Positions 1-12,224 of a DNA stretch of 64,000 nucleotides are shown here, one piece after another. The stretch is from Pseudomonas aeruginosa PAO1. GTDB lineage: Bacteria; Pseudomonadota; Gammaproteobacteria; Pseudomonadales; Pseudomonadaceae. Location of the stretch: the NCBI RefSeq assembly GCF_000006765.1, contig NC_002516.2; one strand, written 5' to 3'. Position numbers and translations under genes: made by a program. Numbering within the stretch: the first letter of the stretch is position 1; each line of letters begins with the position of its first letter. Under the pieces are notes generated by a model. That model had not been told where the DNA came from, made no database searches, and saw nothing but the letters and a program-made list of their open reading frames with translations.

Positions 1-880
1 CCGCCATGCGGTGCAGATCCAGGAACAACTGGGGCTGGACGTGCTGGTACATGGCGAAGCCGAGCGCAACGACATGGTCGAGTACTTCGCCGAGCAACTG
101 GACGGCTACGTCTTCACCCGCTTCGGCTGGGTGCAGAGCTACGGCTCGCGCTGCGTGAAGCCGGCGGTGATCTATGGCGACCTGAGCCGTCCGCGGGCCA
201 TGACCGTGGAGTGGATCAGGTACGCCCAGAGCCTTACCGACAAGGTGATGAAGGGCATGCTGACCGGCCCGGTGACCATGCTGATGTGGTCCTTCCCGCG
301 CGAGGACGTGTCTCGCGAGGTGCAGGCGCGCCAGTTGGCCCTGGCGATCCGCGACGAAGTGGTCGACCTGGAGGCCGCCGGCATCAGGATCGTGCAGATC
401 GACGAGGCGGCTTTCCGCGAAGGCCTGCCGCTGCGCCGCAACGCCTGGCCGCACTATCTGGAGTGGGCCACCGAGGCCTTCCGCCTGTGCGCCTCCGGAG
501 TCCGCGACGAAACCCAGATCCATACGCACATGTGCTACAGCGAGTTCAACGATGTGATCGAGTCCATCGCCGCCATGGACGCCGACGTGATCACCATCGA
601 GACCTCGCGTTCGGACATGGAGCTGCTGGAGGCTTTCGAGCAGTTCGACTACCCGAACGAGATCGGTCCGGGCGTCTACGACATCCACTCGCCACGCGTG
701 CCGAGCCGGGAAGAGATCGTCGCGTTGCTGCGCAAGGCGGCCCGGCGGATACCCGCCGAGCGGCTCTGGGTCAACCCGGACTGCGGCCTGAAGACCCGCG
801 CCTGGCCGGAAACCGAGGCAGCGCTGGTGAACATGGTCGCCGCGGCCCGCGAACTGCGTGGCGACCTCGCCCGCGGTTGA
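1..880 (+). CDS. metE: Cobalamin-independent methionine synthase, 3' part (5' end outside window)
   Basis: Motifs [25 protein letters not shown] and [11 protein letters not shown] (Zn ligands His/Cys/Cys). Confidence 0.97.
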   Translation, partial: RHAVQIQEQLGLDVLVHGEAERNDMVEYFAEQLDGYVFTRFGWVQSYGSRCVKPAVIYGDLSRPRAMTVEWIRYAQSLTDKVMKGMLTGPVTMLMWSFPREDVSREVQARQLALAIRDEVVDLEAAGIRIVQIDEAAFREGLPLRRNAWPHYLEWATEAFRLCASGVRDETQIHTHMCYSEFNDVIESIAAMDADVITIETSRSDMELLEAFEQFDYPNEIGPGVYDIHSPRVPSREEIVALLRKAARRIPAERLWVNPDCGLKTRAWPETEAALVNMVAAARELRGDLARG

Positions 881-900
881 CCGGCGGGCCTGGTGAGCGG

Positions 901-923
901 AACGGGACGCCTGGCGTCCCGTT
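901..923. terminator. Perfect 11-bp inverted repeat between convergent metE and rimJ
   Basis: AACGGGACGCC-T-GGCGTCCCGTT; no clear U-tract. Confidence 0.5.
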
Positions 924-941
924 GCGCATTTGCACGTCGGT

Positions 942-1565
942 TCAGCGCGGAGCGTCCACCAGCGCCCGTAGCACATGGTCTTCCCAGACCCCGGCGATCT
1001 TCAGGTAGGCGCGGGCGTAGCCTTCCTTCTCGAAGCCGAGGCTTTCCAGCAGGCGCTCGCTGCGTGCGTTGCGCGGCAGGTGGCTGGCCATGATCCGGTG
1101 CAGGCCGAGCTGCTCGAAGCAATACCGGTTGGCTACCCGCAGGGCTCGTGCCATCAGGCCGCGGCCCTGCGCCGCAGCGGCCAGGGAAAAGCCCAGGTGG
1201 CAGGCCTGGAATACCCCGCGGACGATATTGGTGTAGCTGCAGCGCCCCAGCACCTCGCCGTCGTCGGGATCGAGCAACAGCAGGAGAAGCGCCTCGCCTT
1301 CGTCCATGCTCGCCACCTGTAGCAGGGTGCGGGCGCGGGCGTTGTCCACGGAAAAATACCCCGGGTCGCGCAGCGGCTCCCATGGCGCCAGGTGCTCGCG
1401 GTTGGCGTTCTCGTAGCGGCTGGTCCGGACGAAATCGTCGGGTTGCAGCGCGCGCAGGAGGAAGTCCGCGTCGCGATGCAGTATCGGCACCTGCCGTCGG
1501 TTGCCCGGCAAGCCCCTCGGGTAGTCGGGCGGGAAGGGCGCCAGGGCGGACTTGAAGTCATTCAT
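942..1565 (-). CDS. rimJ: RimJ-family ribosomal-protein alanine N-acetyltransferase
   Basis: GNAT/RimJ motifs [41 protein letters not shown] and [17 protein letters not shown]. Confidence 0.9.
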
Positions 1566-1854
1566 AGAACTTGCCCGCCAGCATCAGCTGCGCCGCGCGC
1601 CGCCAGGCATTCTCCGGCCTGGAATAGCCCGGCAGGCCGTCGCGGGAGTCCTCGCCCCAGGTCGCGGCGGCATCGAGGAAGCCACCGATGCTGCCGTTCT
1701 CCCAACCCAGCGGGCTGGGGCCGAACGGTTTCGGCGGGTTGGCGGCGGCGAGGCGGCGGTCTTCCTCCCAGTCCGCCGCCAGCGCGGCGAGGAAGCGCAG
1801 GAAACCCGCTTCGTCCTCGACCTGTTCGGCCAGCGCGTAGAGATCGGTTGCCAT
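1558..1854 (-). CDS. Small hypothetical protein (98 aa), WEN...FL..A..W...YE type
   Basis: Strong AGGAGG RBS, typical codon usage, and 8-bp overlap with the rimJ start. Confidence 0.8.
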   Translation of the reverse strand: MATDLYALAEQVEDEAGFLRFLAALAADWEEDRRLAAANPPKPFGPSPLGWENGSIGGFLDAAATWGEDSRDGLPGYSRPENAWRRAAQLMLAGKFYE

Positions 1855-2140
1855 GTGCTTCCTCCTGGAAGTGGGTTTCGGGATACGACGGCGCGAGGTC
1901 GGAGCGCGGTCAGTCCGGGCGCAGCGATCATAGCGCGGACCGGCGCTGGCATGGCTCGCAGCCTGGCTGATGCACGGGCGCGGGGCGATTGTCTGGGCGT
2001 ACCAATGCCTGCCTCAACCAGAGCGTCTCGGTAGTCGGGCTGGCCGGCCTGGCGATCCTGGCATCGCGCGCCCCGCTGGGTCCCGCCCGCTAGGGGACGG
2101 ACGGCGATGCGGGCGCCGAGGAAAGTTGCCGGAGCCCGAT

Positions 2141-2147
2141 CTACACT
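2141..2147 (+). promoter_or_regulatory. Possible RpoS-type -10 element (CTACACT) upstream of the PAS chemoreceptor
   Basis: Exact match to the CTAYACT consensus about 80 bp before the ATG; a short motif, so it may be chance. Confidence 0.35.
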
Positions 2148-2225
2148 GGCGTTTAGCGGTAGGACGGCTATCTCCGGTTCTCCACTCCCTCGCGATGGAC
2201 AGGCGCCATCAAGGAGTCGTGCGCG

Positions 2226-3521
2226 ATGCTCTTCGGCAGAAAAAGCAGGGCGGTGGAAAGCGCCGCCAAGGATGAAGACCTGGCGTGGCGACTCGATGCC
2301 ATCGGGCAGAACGTCGCCACCATCCGTTTCACTCCCGATGGCCAGATACTGTCCGCCAACCCGCTGTTCCTCGCGGTGGTCGGCTACTCGGCGGACGAGC
2401 TGGTCGGCAAGCACCATCGGATCTTCTGCGAAGAGGACTTCCAGGCCTCCGCCGCCTACGTGCGCTTCTGGAAGGAACTGGCCAGCGGCACGCCCCAGCG
2501 CGGCGTGTTCAAGCGCCTGCGGCGCGATGGTACGCCGGTCTGGCTGGAGGCCACCTATTTCCCGGTGAAGAATGCCGAAGGGGCGGTCGTCGAGGTGCTG
2601 AAGATCGCCGCCGACGTGACCCGCAACCATTCCGAACTGCTCCTGCTCAACGCGATCAACGACGCCATACGCCAGTCCATGGCGGTCATCGAGTTCACCC
2701 CGGACGGCGAGATACTCGATGCCAACGAGAACTTTCTGCGTCTCTTCGGCTACAGCCTCAAGTCGCTCAAGGGCCAGCACCACCGCATGCTCTGCTTCGA
2801 CGAGTTCTATCGGGAGAACCCGGATTTCTGGGCTCGGCTGCGGCACGGCGAATTCTCCCGCGGGCATTTCGAGCGCCGCAGCGCCGCCGGCGAGCGGGTA
2901 CATATTGAAGCCACCTACAACCCGGTCAAGGACAGTTCGGGGCGGATAATCAAGGTCATCAAGTTCGCCATCGACGTTACCGAGCAGGTCAATCGCAACG
3001 AGGAAGTACGGCGCGCCGCCGAGCTGTCGTTCTCCACCGCGGAAGAGACCGCGCAGATTTCCACCCGCGGCATCGACTCCCTCGACCAGTCCGTCGCCCT
3101 GTCGGCCAAGACCCTGTCGATGGTCAACACCGCCGTCGGCCTGATTTCCCAGCTCACCCACCAGACCAAGGACATCGAGAACATCGTCACCACCATCCAG
3201 AGCGTCGCCGAACAGACCAACCTGCTGGCCCTCAACGCCGCCATCGAGGCGGCTCGCGCCGGCGACATGGGGCGCGGCTTCGCGGTGGTCGCCGACGAGG
3301 TGCGGCAACTGGCGGCGCGCACCAGCGGCGCCACGGTGGAGATCAAGAACGTGGTCACCGAGAACGTCAAGCTGACCCAGCAGATCAACCACAACATGCA
3401 GACCATCGAGTCCAGCGCCCAGGAGAACAACAACCAGATCACCACCGTGGCCGGCATCATGCAGGAGATCAGCAAGGGCGCCGAGCACGTGGCGCGGGTG
3501 GTGTCGAGCCTGTTCAAGTGA
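2226..3521 (+). CDS. mcpS: Soluble methyl-accepting chemotaxis protein with two PAS domains
   Basis: Two PAS/PAC repeats, MCP hairpin [34 protein letters not shown], no TM segment; AAGGAG RBS. Confidence 0.88.
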   Translation: MLFGRKSRAVESAAKDEDLAWRLDAIGQNVATIRFTPDGQILSANPLFLAVVGYSADELVGKHHRIFCEEDFQASAAYVRFWKELASGTPQRGVFKRLRRDGTPVWLEATYFPVKNAEGAVVEVLKIAADVTRNHSELLLLNAINDAIRQSMAVIEFTPDGEILDANENFLRLFGYSLKSLKGQHHRMLCFDEFYRENPDFWARLRHGEFSRGHFERRSAAGERVHIEATYNPVKDSSGRIIKVIKFAIDVTEQVNRNEEVRRAAELSFSTAEETAQISTRGIDSLDQSVALSAKTLSMVNTAVGLISQLTHQTKDIENIVTTIQSVAEQTNLLALNAAIEAARAGDMGRGFAVVADEVRQLAARTSGATVEIKNVVTENVKLTQQINHNMQTIESSAQENNNQITTVAGIMQEISKGAEHVARVVSSLFK

Positions 3522-3690
3522 CCTCGGTGCAGGGCTCCGGCGGCCGATAGCGGCGCAGGCGTCGAGCATCCGCCCGCCTTTGTGGCATGGCCATGGCCGT
3601 CATTTACTTTGAACGTATCTTCGAGCCGTTCGGTCGGACCTGAAAAAGCGGCATCCGCCGCGCCGATGCACCGACCGTGAGGCTTGTACC

Positions 3691-4203
3691 ATGACCAATC
3701 CGGAGCCGGCGGACCTGCCGATCAGCCTGCTGATCAATGGCCAGCGCCGAGAGCTGAGAGTACCCCCGTGGCTGACGCTGCTCGACCTGCTGCGCGAGCG
3801 GCTCGACCTGGTGGGCAGCAAGAAGGGCTGCGACCACGGCCAATGCGGCGCTTGCACGGTGTTGCGCAACGGTCGCCGGATCAACGCCTGCCTGACGCTG
3901 GCGGTGATGTGCGACGGCGATGCACTGACTACCATCGAAGGTCTGGCCGAGGGTGATCGCCTGCATCCCCTGCAACAGGCGTTCATCCGCCATGATGCCT
4001 TCCAGTGCGGCTACTGCACGCCCGGACAGATCTGTTCGGCCCTTGGCCTGGCGAGCGAGGGGCGGGCGCGCTCGCGGGCGGAGATCCGCGAGGGCATGAG
4101 CGGCAACCTGTGCCGCTGCGGCGCCTACGGCAATATCCTCGACGCTGTGGAAGACGCCTTGCCGCTGCTCGATCGCGACGGACAGGGAGGGCAGCGCGCA
4201 TGA
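3691..4203 (+). CDS. 2Fe-2S subunit of PaoABC/YagTSR-type aldehyde oxidoreductase
   Basis: KKGCDHGQCGACTV and QCGYCTPGQ...NLCRCGAY. Confidence 0.93.
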   Translation: MTNPEPADLPISLLINGQRRELRVPPWLTLLDLLRERLDLVGSKKGCDHGQCGACTVLRNGRRINACLTLAVMCDGDALTTIEGLAEGDRLHPLQQAFIRHDAFQCGYCTPGQICSALGLASEGRARSRAEIREGMSGNLCRCGAYGNILDAVEDALPLLDRDGQGGQRA

Positions 4204-5189
4204 CGCCCTTCGCCTATGCCAAGCCGGCCGACATCGAGCAGGCGCTGGGCCTCGCCGGCCCGGAGTCGCGCTACATCGCCGGCGGCACCAACCTGCTCGA
4301 CCTGATGAAGGAAAACGTTGCCAGGCCCCGGCGACTCATCGACATCACCGGCCTCCCGCTGCGCGACATCCGCCGGACGCCCACCGGCGGCCTGCTGGTC
4401 GGAGCCCTGGTCAGCAACGCCGAACTGGCCTGGAATCCCGCCGTGGAGGCGGACTATCCCTTGCTAGCCCAGGCGATCCTCGCCGGCGCCTCGCCGCAGT
4501 TGCGCAACATGGCCAGCACCGGCGGCAACCTGTTGCAGCGTACCCGCTGCCAGTATTTCTACGACACCGGCACGCCATGCAACAAGCGCGAGCCGGGCAG
4601 CGGATGCCCCGCGCGCAGCGGGCTGAACCGCAACCATGCGATCCTCGGCGCCAGCGAACACTGCGTGGCGGTACATCCATCCGACCTGTGCGTGGCGCTG
4701 GCGGCGCTGGAGGCTCAGGTACTGGTGCGCGGCCGCGCTGGCGAGCGGCGGGTCGCTTTCGCCGACTTCCATCGCCTGCCGGCGGACACGCCCGAGCGCG
4801 ACAACTGCCTGGCCGTCGACGAACTGGTCACCGCCATCGAGCTGCCAGCGCCGCGCTTCGCCCGGCATTGCCACTACCTGAAGGTGCGCGACCGGGCCTC
4901 CTACGCCTTCGCCCTGGTCTCGGTGGCGGCGGCCCTGGAACCGGACGGCGAGCGCATTGGCGAACTGCGCCTGGCGCTCGGCGGCGTGGCCCACAAGCCA
5001 TGGCGCGTCGCAGAGCTGGAGGAACGTTTCAGGGGCCACCCGGCGAACCGGGACAGCTATGTCCGCTTCGCCGAAGCGCTGCTGCGTGACGCCAGGCCGC
5101 TGGCCCACAACGCCTTCAAGATCGGATTGGCGCGCAACGCCATCGTTCGCGCACTGGAAGAAGCCCACTCGGGAGGGATCGGCCAATGA
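4200..5189 (+). CDS. FAD-binding subunit (PaoB/YagS type, with 4Fe-4S insert)
   Basis: AGGTNLLDLMK, SPQLRNMASTGGNLLQRTRC..., CNKREPGSGC and CVAVHPSD; ATGA overlap with the upstream gene. Confidence 0.92.
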   Translation: MTPFAYAKPADIEQALGLAGPESRYIAGGTNLLDLMKENVARPRRLIDITGLPLRDIRRTPTGGLLVGALVSNAELAWNPAVEADYPLLAQAILAGASPQLRNMASTGGNLLQRTRCQYFYDTGTPCNKREPGSGCPARSGLNRNHAILGASEHCVAVHPSDLCVALAALEAQVLVRGRAGERRVAFADFHRLPADTPERDNCLAVDELVTAIELPAPRFARHCHYLKVRDRASYAFALVSVAAALEPDGERIGELRLALGGVAHKPWRVAELEERFRGHPANRDSYVRFAEALLRDARPLAHNAFKIGLARNAIVRALEEAHSGGIGQ

Positions 5190-7390
5190 GCAGCCTGCCA
5201 CACAGCACCGGGCAAGCCCTGGATCGCGTCGACGGGCCAGCCAAGGTCACCGGCCAGGCTCGCTACGCCGCCGAATATCCTGCCGCCGACCTGCTCCACG
5301 GCAGCGTGGTCAGCAGCGACGTCGCCCGCGGCCGGGTGCGCGGCATCGACTGTGCGGCGGCCCTGGCGGTACCCGGGGTGGTCGCGGTACTGCATCACCT
5401 GAACCGGCCGCCGATGGCGGGCGACGACGAGCCCTACAAGGACGCCGATGCCGCCGAAGGCGAACCCTTCCGCCCGCTGTTCGACGACCGCGTCCTGTAC
5501 AGCGGCCAGCCCCTTGCCCTGGTCCTGGCACGGAGCCTGGAACTGGCCCGCTACGCGGGCTCGCTGCTGCGCATCGATATCGAGCCCGAGCCGCACCAGA
5601 CCGACCTGCTGGCCGCCCTCGACCAGGCCCATGAGGCTCCCGCCCAACTGCCCGCCGAGCGCGGCGATTTCTACACCGCCTACGGCGCCGCGCCGATTCG
5701 GGTCGAGGCCAGCTACAGCACGCCGATCGAGCACCACAATCCCATGGAACCGCACGCGTCCACGGTCATCGTCCAGCCCGACGGCAGCCTGCTGGTGCAC
5801 GACAAGACCCAGGGGACGCAGAACAGCCAGGCCTACCTGCAAAAGGTCTTCGGCCTGCCCGCCGACAAGGTAAGGGTCTGTGCCGCCTACGTCGGCGGCG
5901 CCTTCGGCTCCGGCCTGCGTCCGCAATACCAGTTGGCCCTGGCGGTGATGGCGGCGCTGCAACTGCGGCGGTCGGTGCGCGTAGTGCTGACCCGCCAGCA
6001 GATGTTCACCTTCGGCTACCGGCCGCGCACCCTGCAGCGCCTGCAACTGGGCGCCGATGCCGAGGGGCGCCTGCTTGCGCTGGGCCACCAGGCGACAGCG
6101 CAGACCTCGCGCTTCGAAGACTTCACCGAGCACGTGGTGGAGTGGAGCGGCATGCTCTATCGCTGCGAGAACTTTTCCCTAGCCTACCGTCTGGTGCCGC
6201 TGGACGTCTATACCCCGCTGGACATGCGCGCCCCCGGCGCGGCGCTGGGACTGATCGGGCTGGAATGCGCGATGGACGAACTGGCGGTGCGGCTCGGCAT
6301 GGACCCCATCGCGCTGCGCCGGTTCAACTTCGCCGAGCGCAATGGCAACGAGGACAAGCCGTACTCCAGCAAGGCGCTGCTGGCCTGCTACGAGGAGGGC
6401 GCCCGGCGCTTCGGTTGGCAGGCCCGCGACCCACGGCCACGGAGCATGAGCGAAGGGCGCCAGTTGCTCGGCTGGGGCATGGCCGGCGGCGTCTGGGAGG
6501 CCATGCAGAGCAAGGCCAGCGCGAGGGCGCGGCTGGAGGCGGACGGCCTGCTGCGGGTGGCCAGCGCGACCACGGATATCGGCACCGGCACCTACACGGT
6601 GATGACCCAGATCGCCGCCGACGCCGCTGGCATGGCGCCGGAAGAGGTGCGCTTCCAGCTTGGCGACAGTGCGTTGCCCAAGGCTCCATTGCAGGGCGGC
6701 TCGTTCACCGTCTCGTCGGTCGGTTCCGCCGTCCGCCTGGCCTGCCTGCGCCTGCGCCAGGCCCTGGTCGCCCATGCCAGGGCCCGCCATCCGGAGCTGG
6801 CCGGCACCGCCGAAGAACGCTTCCGCATATGCCGTGGCCATCTGGAAGCGGGCGATACGCGATACGCCCTGGCCGACCTGCTGCAAGGCCTGCCGGAAGA
6901 CGCGTTGCAGGTGGAGGTGGAAGCTGAACCCTCGGCGCGGCGCAAAGGCTACGCCACCGCGACCCATTCGGCGGTATTCGTCGAGGTGCGGATCGACGAA
7001 GCCCTCGGTACCCTGCGTGTGAGCCGGGTGGTCAGCGCGGTCGCGGCGGGGCGGGTGATCAACCCGAAGACCGCTCGCAGCCAGATACTCGGCGGGGTGG
7101 TCTGGGGCCTGGGCATGGCCTTGCAGGAGGAAACCCAGGTCGACCATGCGCTGGGCCGCTGCATGAACCACAACCTCGCCGAGTACCACATCCCGGTTAA
7201 CGCCGATATTGGCGATATCGAGGTGATCTTCGTTGACGAACCCGACGATATCGTTAACGAACTGGGCTCCAAGGGCGTCGGCGAAATAGGCATCGTCGGC
7301 GTCGCCGCCGCAGTGGCGAATGCCGTGTACCACGCCACCGGCCGCCGCCTGCGCGACTTCCCGCTGACCGTCGACAAGTTGCTCGGCTGA
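5186..7390 (+). CDS. Molybdopterin-binding subunit (PaoC/YagR type)
   Basis: RVDGPAKVTG, HHNPMEPHA, YVGGAFGS, MRAPG and KGVGEIGIVGVAAAVANAVYHATG. Confidence 0.93.
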   Translation: MSSLPHSTGQALDRVDGPAKVTGQARYAAEYPAADLLHGSVVSSDVARGRVRGIDCAAALAVPGVVAVLHHLNRPPMAGDDEPYKDADAAEGEPFRPLFDDRVLYSGQPLALVLARSLELARYAGSLLRIDIEPEPHQTDLLAALDQAHEAPAQLPAERGDFYTAYGAAPIRVEASYSTPIEHHNPMEPHASTVIVQPDGSLLVHDKTQGTQNSQAYLQKVFGLPADKVRVCAAYVGGAFGSGLRPQYQLALAVMAALQLRRSVRVVLTRQQMFTFGYRPRTLQRLQLGADAEGRLLALGHQATAQTSRFEDFTEHVVEWSGMLYRCENFSLAYRLVPLDVYTPLDMRAPGAALGLIGLECAMDELAVRLGMDPIALRRFNFAERNGNEDKPYSSKALLACYEEGARRFGWQARDPRPRSMSEGRQLLGWGMAGGVWEAMQSKASARARLEADGLLRVASATTDIGTGTYTVMTQIAADAAGMAPEEVRFQLGDSALPKAPLQGGSFTVSSVGSAVRLACLRLRQALVAHARARHPELAGTAEERFRICRGHLEAGDTRYALADLLQGLPEDALQVEVEAEPSARRKGYATATHSAVFVEVRIDEALGTLRVSRVVSAVAAGRVINPKTARSQILGGVVWGLGMALQEETQVDHALGRCMNHNLAEYHIPVNADIGDIEVIFVDEPDDIVNELGSKGVGEIGIVGVAAAVANAVYHATGRRLRDFPLTVDKLLG

Positions 7391-7884
7391 GCCCGGCAGC
7401 CTGCGCAAGCGGCTTGGCGGCCACCCGCCGGGTCGCCGGGCTTGACTCTCCCCCAAGGGGAAGATCGCAGGCCCCGCTCGCCACCCGCAACGGAGTCGAA
7501 CACGACATGCCGCCGACAGCCTCGGTGACGCCCTCGCCGAGCGCTACCGCGATGCCGGTCCAGGCGCACTTGTTGCATCGCGGCCACGCCGAAGCGGACC
7601 TGCCCGGCGCCCATTGGGCCATCGCCTGGGCCGAGCGTCCGGCCTGTGGTTGCAAGCGTTCGAGGGCAACCTGGCGGGCGCGAGGACCGTGTGGGTTGGA
7701 AGACCGGCGTTCCGCGTAGCGAGCGATTTTCGCCTGGAAGCACGGTTGCGGGAAAAGTTCCGCTGGAAACCCTCCGACTTGCAGAACACGAGGCGCCCCG
7801 CATTCCTTGGCACTGCGCTTGATCGCGGCGAAAAGACCCACGGAAAATCACCGGGTCGTTCAGTCTTTGCCAAAGGAAATCAGT

Positions 7885-8265
7885 ATGAAGAACGCAATGG
7901 CCCTGACCCTGGCCGGCCTGCTGGCCGCTCCTTCCCTCGGCTTCGCCGCCGCGCCGGACGCAGTGATGGTCTTCGCCCGCCAGGGCGACAAGGGCAGCGT
8001 GTCCGTCGGCGACAAGCACTTCCGCACCCAGGCCTTCAAGGTCCGCCTGGTGAATGCGGCGAAGAGCGAGATCAGCCTGAAGAACAGCTGCCTGGTGGCG
8101 CAGTCCGCCGCCGGCCAGTCCTTCAGGCTGGATACCGTGGACGAGGAACTCACCGCCGATACCCTCAAGCCGGGCGCCTCCGTCGAAGGCGACGCGATCT
8201 TCGCCTCCGAAGACGACGCGGTGTACGGCGCATCGCTGGTCAGGCTGAGCGACCGGTGCAAGTAG
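7885..8265 (+). CDS. Secreted hypothetical protein (DUF4354-like)
   Basis: AAGGA RBS, Sec signal peptide MKNAMALTLAGLLAAPSLGFA, conserved-looking C-terminus. Confidence 0.8.
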   Translation: MKNAMALTLAGLLAAPSLGFAAAPDAVMVFARQGDKGSVSVGDKHFRTQAFKVRLVNAAKSEISLKNSCLVAQSAAGQSFRLDTVDEELTADTLKPGASVEGDAIFASEDDAVYGASLVRLSDRCK

Positions 8266-8284
8266 GCGACTAGCCGTTGCGCAG

Positions 8285-8316
8285 CGAAAGCCGCAGGGCA
8301 GCCTCGGCGGCTTTCG
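8285..8316 (+). terminator. Hairpin downstream of the DUF4354-like gene
   Basis: CGAAAGCCGC ... GCGGCTTTCG 10-bp arms. Confidence 0.5.
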
Positions 8317-8498
8317 GGTGCGAGGAAACGGCTTTCGAAGGTTTCGGCGCGAATCTGAAATCATTCAGGGCGCGTTTCCGGTGCTTCTGGTTGCCTGGGC
8401 TGGGGGCCGAATTCCAGATACCCGGGGCCTAGGGGAGGGTAGACATCGTTCCAGGCTGCGCCCGAGCGAGGCGCTCGACCCACAAGGCACGCCCGGCC

Positions 8499-8534
8499 CC
8501 CTCTCCCGCGTGCGGGAGAGGGTTGGGGTAAGGG
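8499..8534. repeat. REP-like palindromic element
   Basis: CCCTCTCCCGC-GT-GCGGGAGAGGG followed by TTGGGGTAAGGG, a form of short interspersed palindrome common in proteobacteria. Confidence 0.6.
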
Positions 8535-10584
8535 CCAGCAGCACAATACCCGCCAACACCAGATTCCAAAAACCGAATCCGCACCACTCAAGCCGCGACT
8601 ATTGCGGTTAGCAGCGGGGGAGGTTGTGGTTCTGCGGGTGGCAATAGAGGTGCCCACCAGATATGGGAGAGGCCATGGCTTAGGGAGGGAAGGGCTGTAT
8701 ACGGCCACCCGAACCCCACCTCCAGGAGAAAGCGGACGGTCAATTCTGTATATAAATCCCCCCTTTTCGCTATCGAGATGGGCGGCTCGCTGCTCGCCAG
8801 CCGCGCTACTGACCTGCTTTTCGCAGTCAGGCTGCGCTCACCTGACGCTGCGCCCCCAGGTCCAGGTGAGCGCAGCCCGACGGCTAACTCAAAGGCCCAA
8901 CTAAGCGGTGACATTCGTCCTTTACACTCACGCGGGCCGAACCTGGAGCATTAAAGATGGGAATGGCCCAGCGGCTCACATGCGAGGAGTCGATAAGGCG
9001 GCCTGGCCATACGCGTACCGGGGGCCACGTCATAGTCGCTCGATTTCTTCCGCCCTGAACCAGTTGTTGCGCAGCGCCGCCGCAATGAGCGCTTCGGGAT
9101 CCTTCGTGTAGGCCACCAGCGCCAAGCTTTTCTGGGCACGAGTGCAGGTCACATATAACAGGCGACGCGTGCGCACGGTGCCCTCTTCAGCCGTGTCAGC
9201 AGGAGTTTTACGACTAGCTCCTGTCGCTGGTGTCGCTTCGAATAATTTGTCGTAAGAAAACAGAAAGCCGCGTGCATCGCTATCGTCGAGGATCACCAGG
9301 ACACGTTCAAACTCCAGGCCTTTCACACCCTGATGTGTACCGAGGGGCCCTTTATCACTGACGTATTCCGCGAATGGGATCGACTGCCTGTACGGTGTTT
9401 CCAGGAATGCTCGCCAGGCCTCCAAGCTCGCAGGAGACCTCTCTTCCGGCGCGTCTTCTTCGCCCGGTGCGCTCTCATCGCCGGCCAGCTCGACATCGTT
9501 TTCTTCAGCTCCATTCGCAACAAATGGGCGTAGCGCATCAGGAATCTCGAATAAACGATGTTTTGCGACGCATTCCAACACGGCGAGGAAAGTGGTTTCC
9601 TGGCCGTCAGTATCCAGGGTAAGCAGTGCTTCTACAGCGGCGCGAATCGGTAATAACGGATCATCCGTGTGCGCGAGCCGAGCGATAGCTGCACGCTGGA
9701 GAAGCGGCGAGGTCGCGCGCAGCTGCGCCATCACTGCGAAGTCATCCTTCATACGCGCGGCGGCAATCAGCGGGGCGACTCTATCGGTGAATAATCTGAG
9801 CCCGGCTAAGTCCCCTGTGCGCAGACCTGTCGATAGGCGTGAATCCTGGTTGAGCGCCTGGAACATCTCCAAGAAGCCACGGCGTGATGCCGCCATGTGA
9901 TGTTCGAGCGTCAGCGCTTTGACCGCAGCCTCCTCACGCCACTGGAGATCGTTACACAAGTCGGCCATTCGATCGCGCGCGCGCCGCTCAAGTGCAGGCT
10001 TATCAAGGACATCGCTGGGAGACACAAAGAGACGGACAATACCGATTTCGCTGTCTTCGCGGGCTACCTGGTATTGGCCATCAACAGGCTCTCTTAGCAC
10101 ATTGCCGAGGGCAATCACGCGTTGGGGGGAACGATGGTTAAGGCGCTTAGCCGGACGCGCCCAGTCTGCGGGAACCAGACGCTCCAGCTCGGGATGACCA
10201 TCCAAGAAAATGCGTTGCATGGTATCGCCGAATAGGCCAATCGCGAACTTGCCCTTGTGTGCGGCAGCTAGGGCAAAGAAGGCTTCTATCAGCCCTCTAT
10301 TCGTATCCTGACTCTCGTCGATAAGCAAGAAGGGAAATCTGTTAACCAAGATCGCTTGCATCGATGGTTTGGTTTCAATGAACGCAGCGGTGATTTTCAG
10401 CACCTCTGCGTGGGATAGCGAGTCCTGACCAAAATTATCGCCGTTGGGGCTGTAGGTAAACCGCCGAGGAACACTGAGCCACTCAATCCGTTGCATCGTG
10501 GAAGCGATGGCCCTCTCGCTGTAGTGGTCTACTGATCCCGGACACCGATTTAGGCGAAAATCCTCGCCGTGAGAGAGGTGTCTG

Positions 10585-11747
<1,163 letters not shown>

Positions 11748-12224
11748 CCACTACACGCGGTCTTGCGCGGCCTTGGTGCCAGAGCGCCCCTTCGCTTGCT
11801 TCTCGCGTAGGTCGGCAAGCTCAACCGGAAGTCTGTTGAGGAGCCACGCCTGGATATCACGATGGTAGGCCTCGATATGGCGCCAGCAGAAGCTGTGGAT
11901 CGTCGATATAGGAAACAGCGGATCCTCTCCGACACGTTCGGCGATTTCGTCGGCCGCGACGTTCGTATATGTAATGACCGCGATCTTCTTACCAGTCCGC
12001 CTAAAGGTCGCGCCATGATCTTCGCGAAAGGTGTCGAGCGCCCTTTTCAGAGAGCGCGTCTTACCGGATCCTGCCCCGGCGTAGAGAAAAAAGCTTTGCG
12101 GCGCGGCGGGATTCAGACAGGCCCGTATCTGTACGTCGGCGCTCTCATCGAAGTCTGGCGCGGCCGTTTCAATGATCATGCTAATCCTCTGCTCCCTGGA
12201 TTTCGCTCTGGGCGATGTCCTTAC

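Noticed and set aside
7391-7880. ORFs in the 500-bp gap after the Mo subunit gene
   Set aside because: No RBS or motif support and the candidates conflict with one another; treated as intergenic.
8746-8761. Possible LexA box CTGTATATAAATCCCC
   Set aside because: Only the left half matches; the required terminal CAG is absent.
8600-8890. Possible integron cassette (GTTAGC ... GCTAAC)
   Set aside because: Both sites mismatch the GTTRRRY/RYYYAAC consensus and no attC closes the structure.
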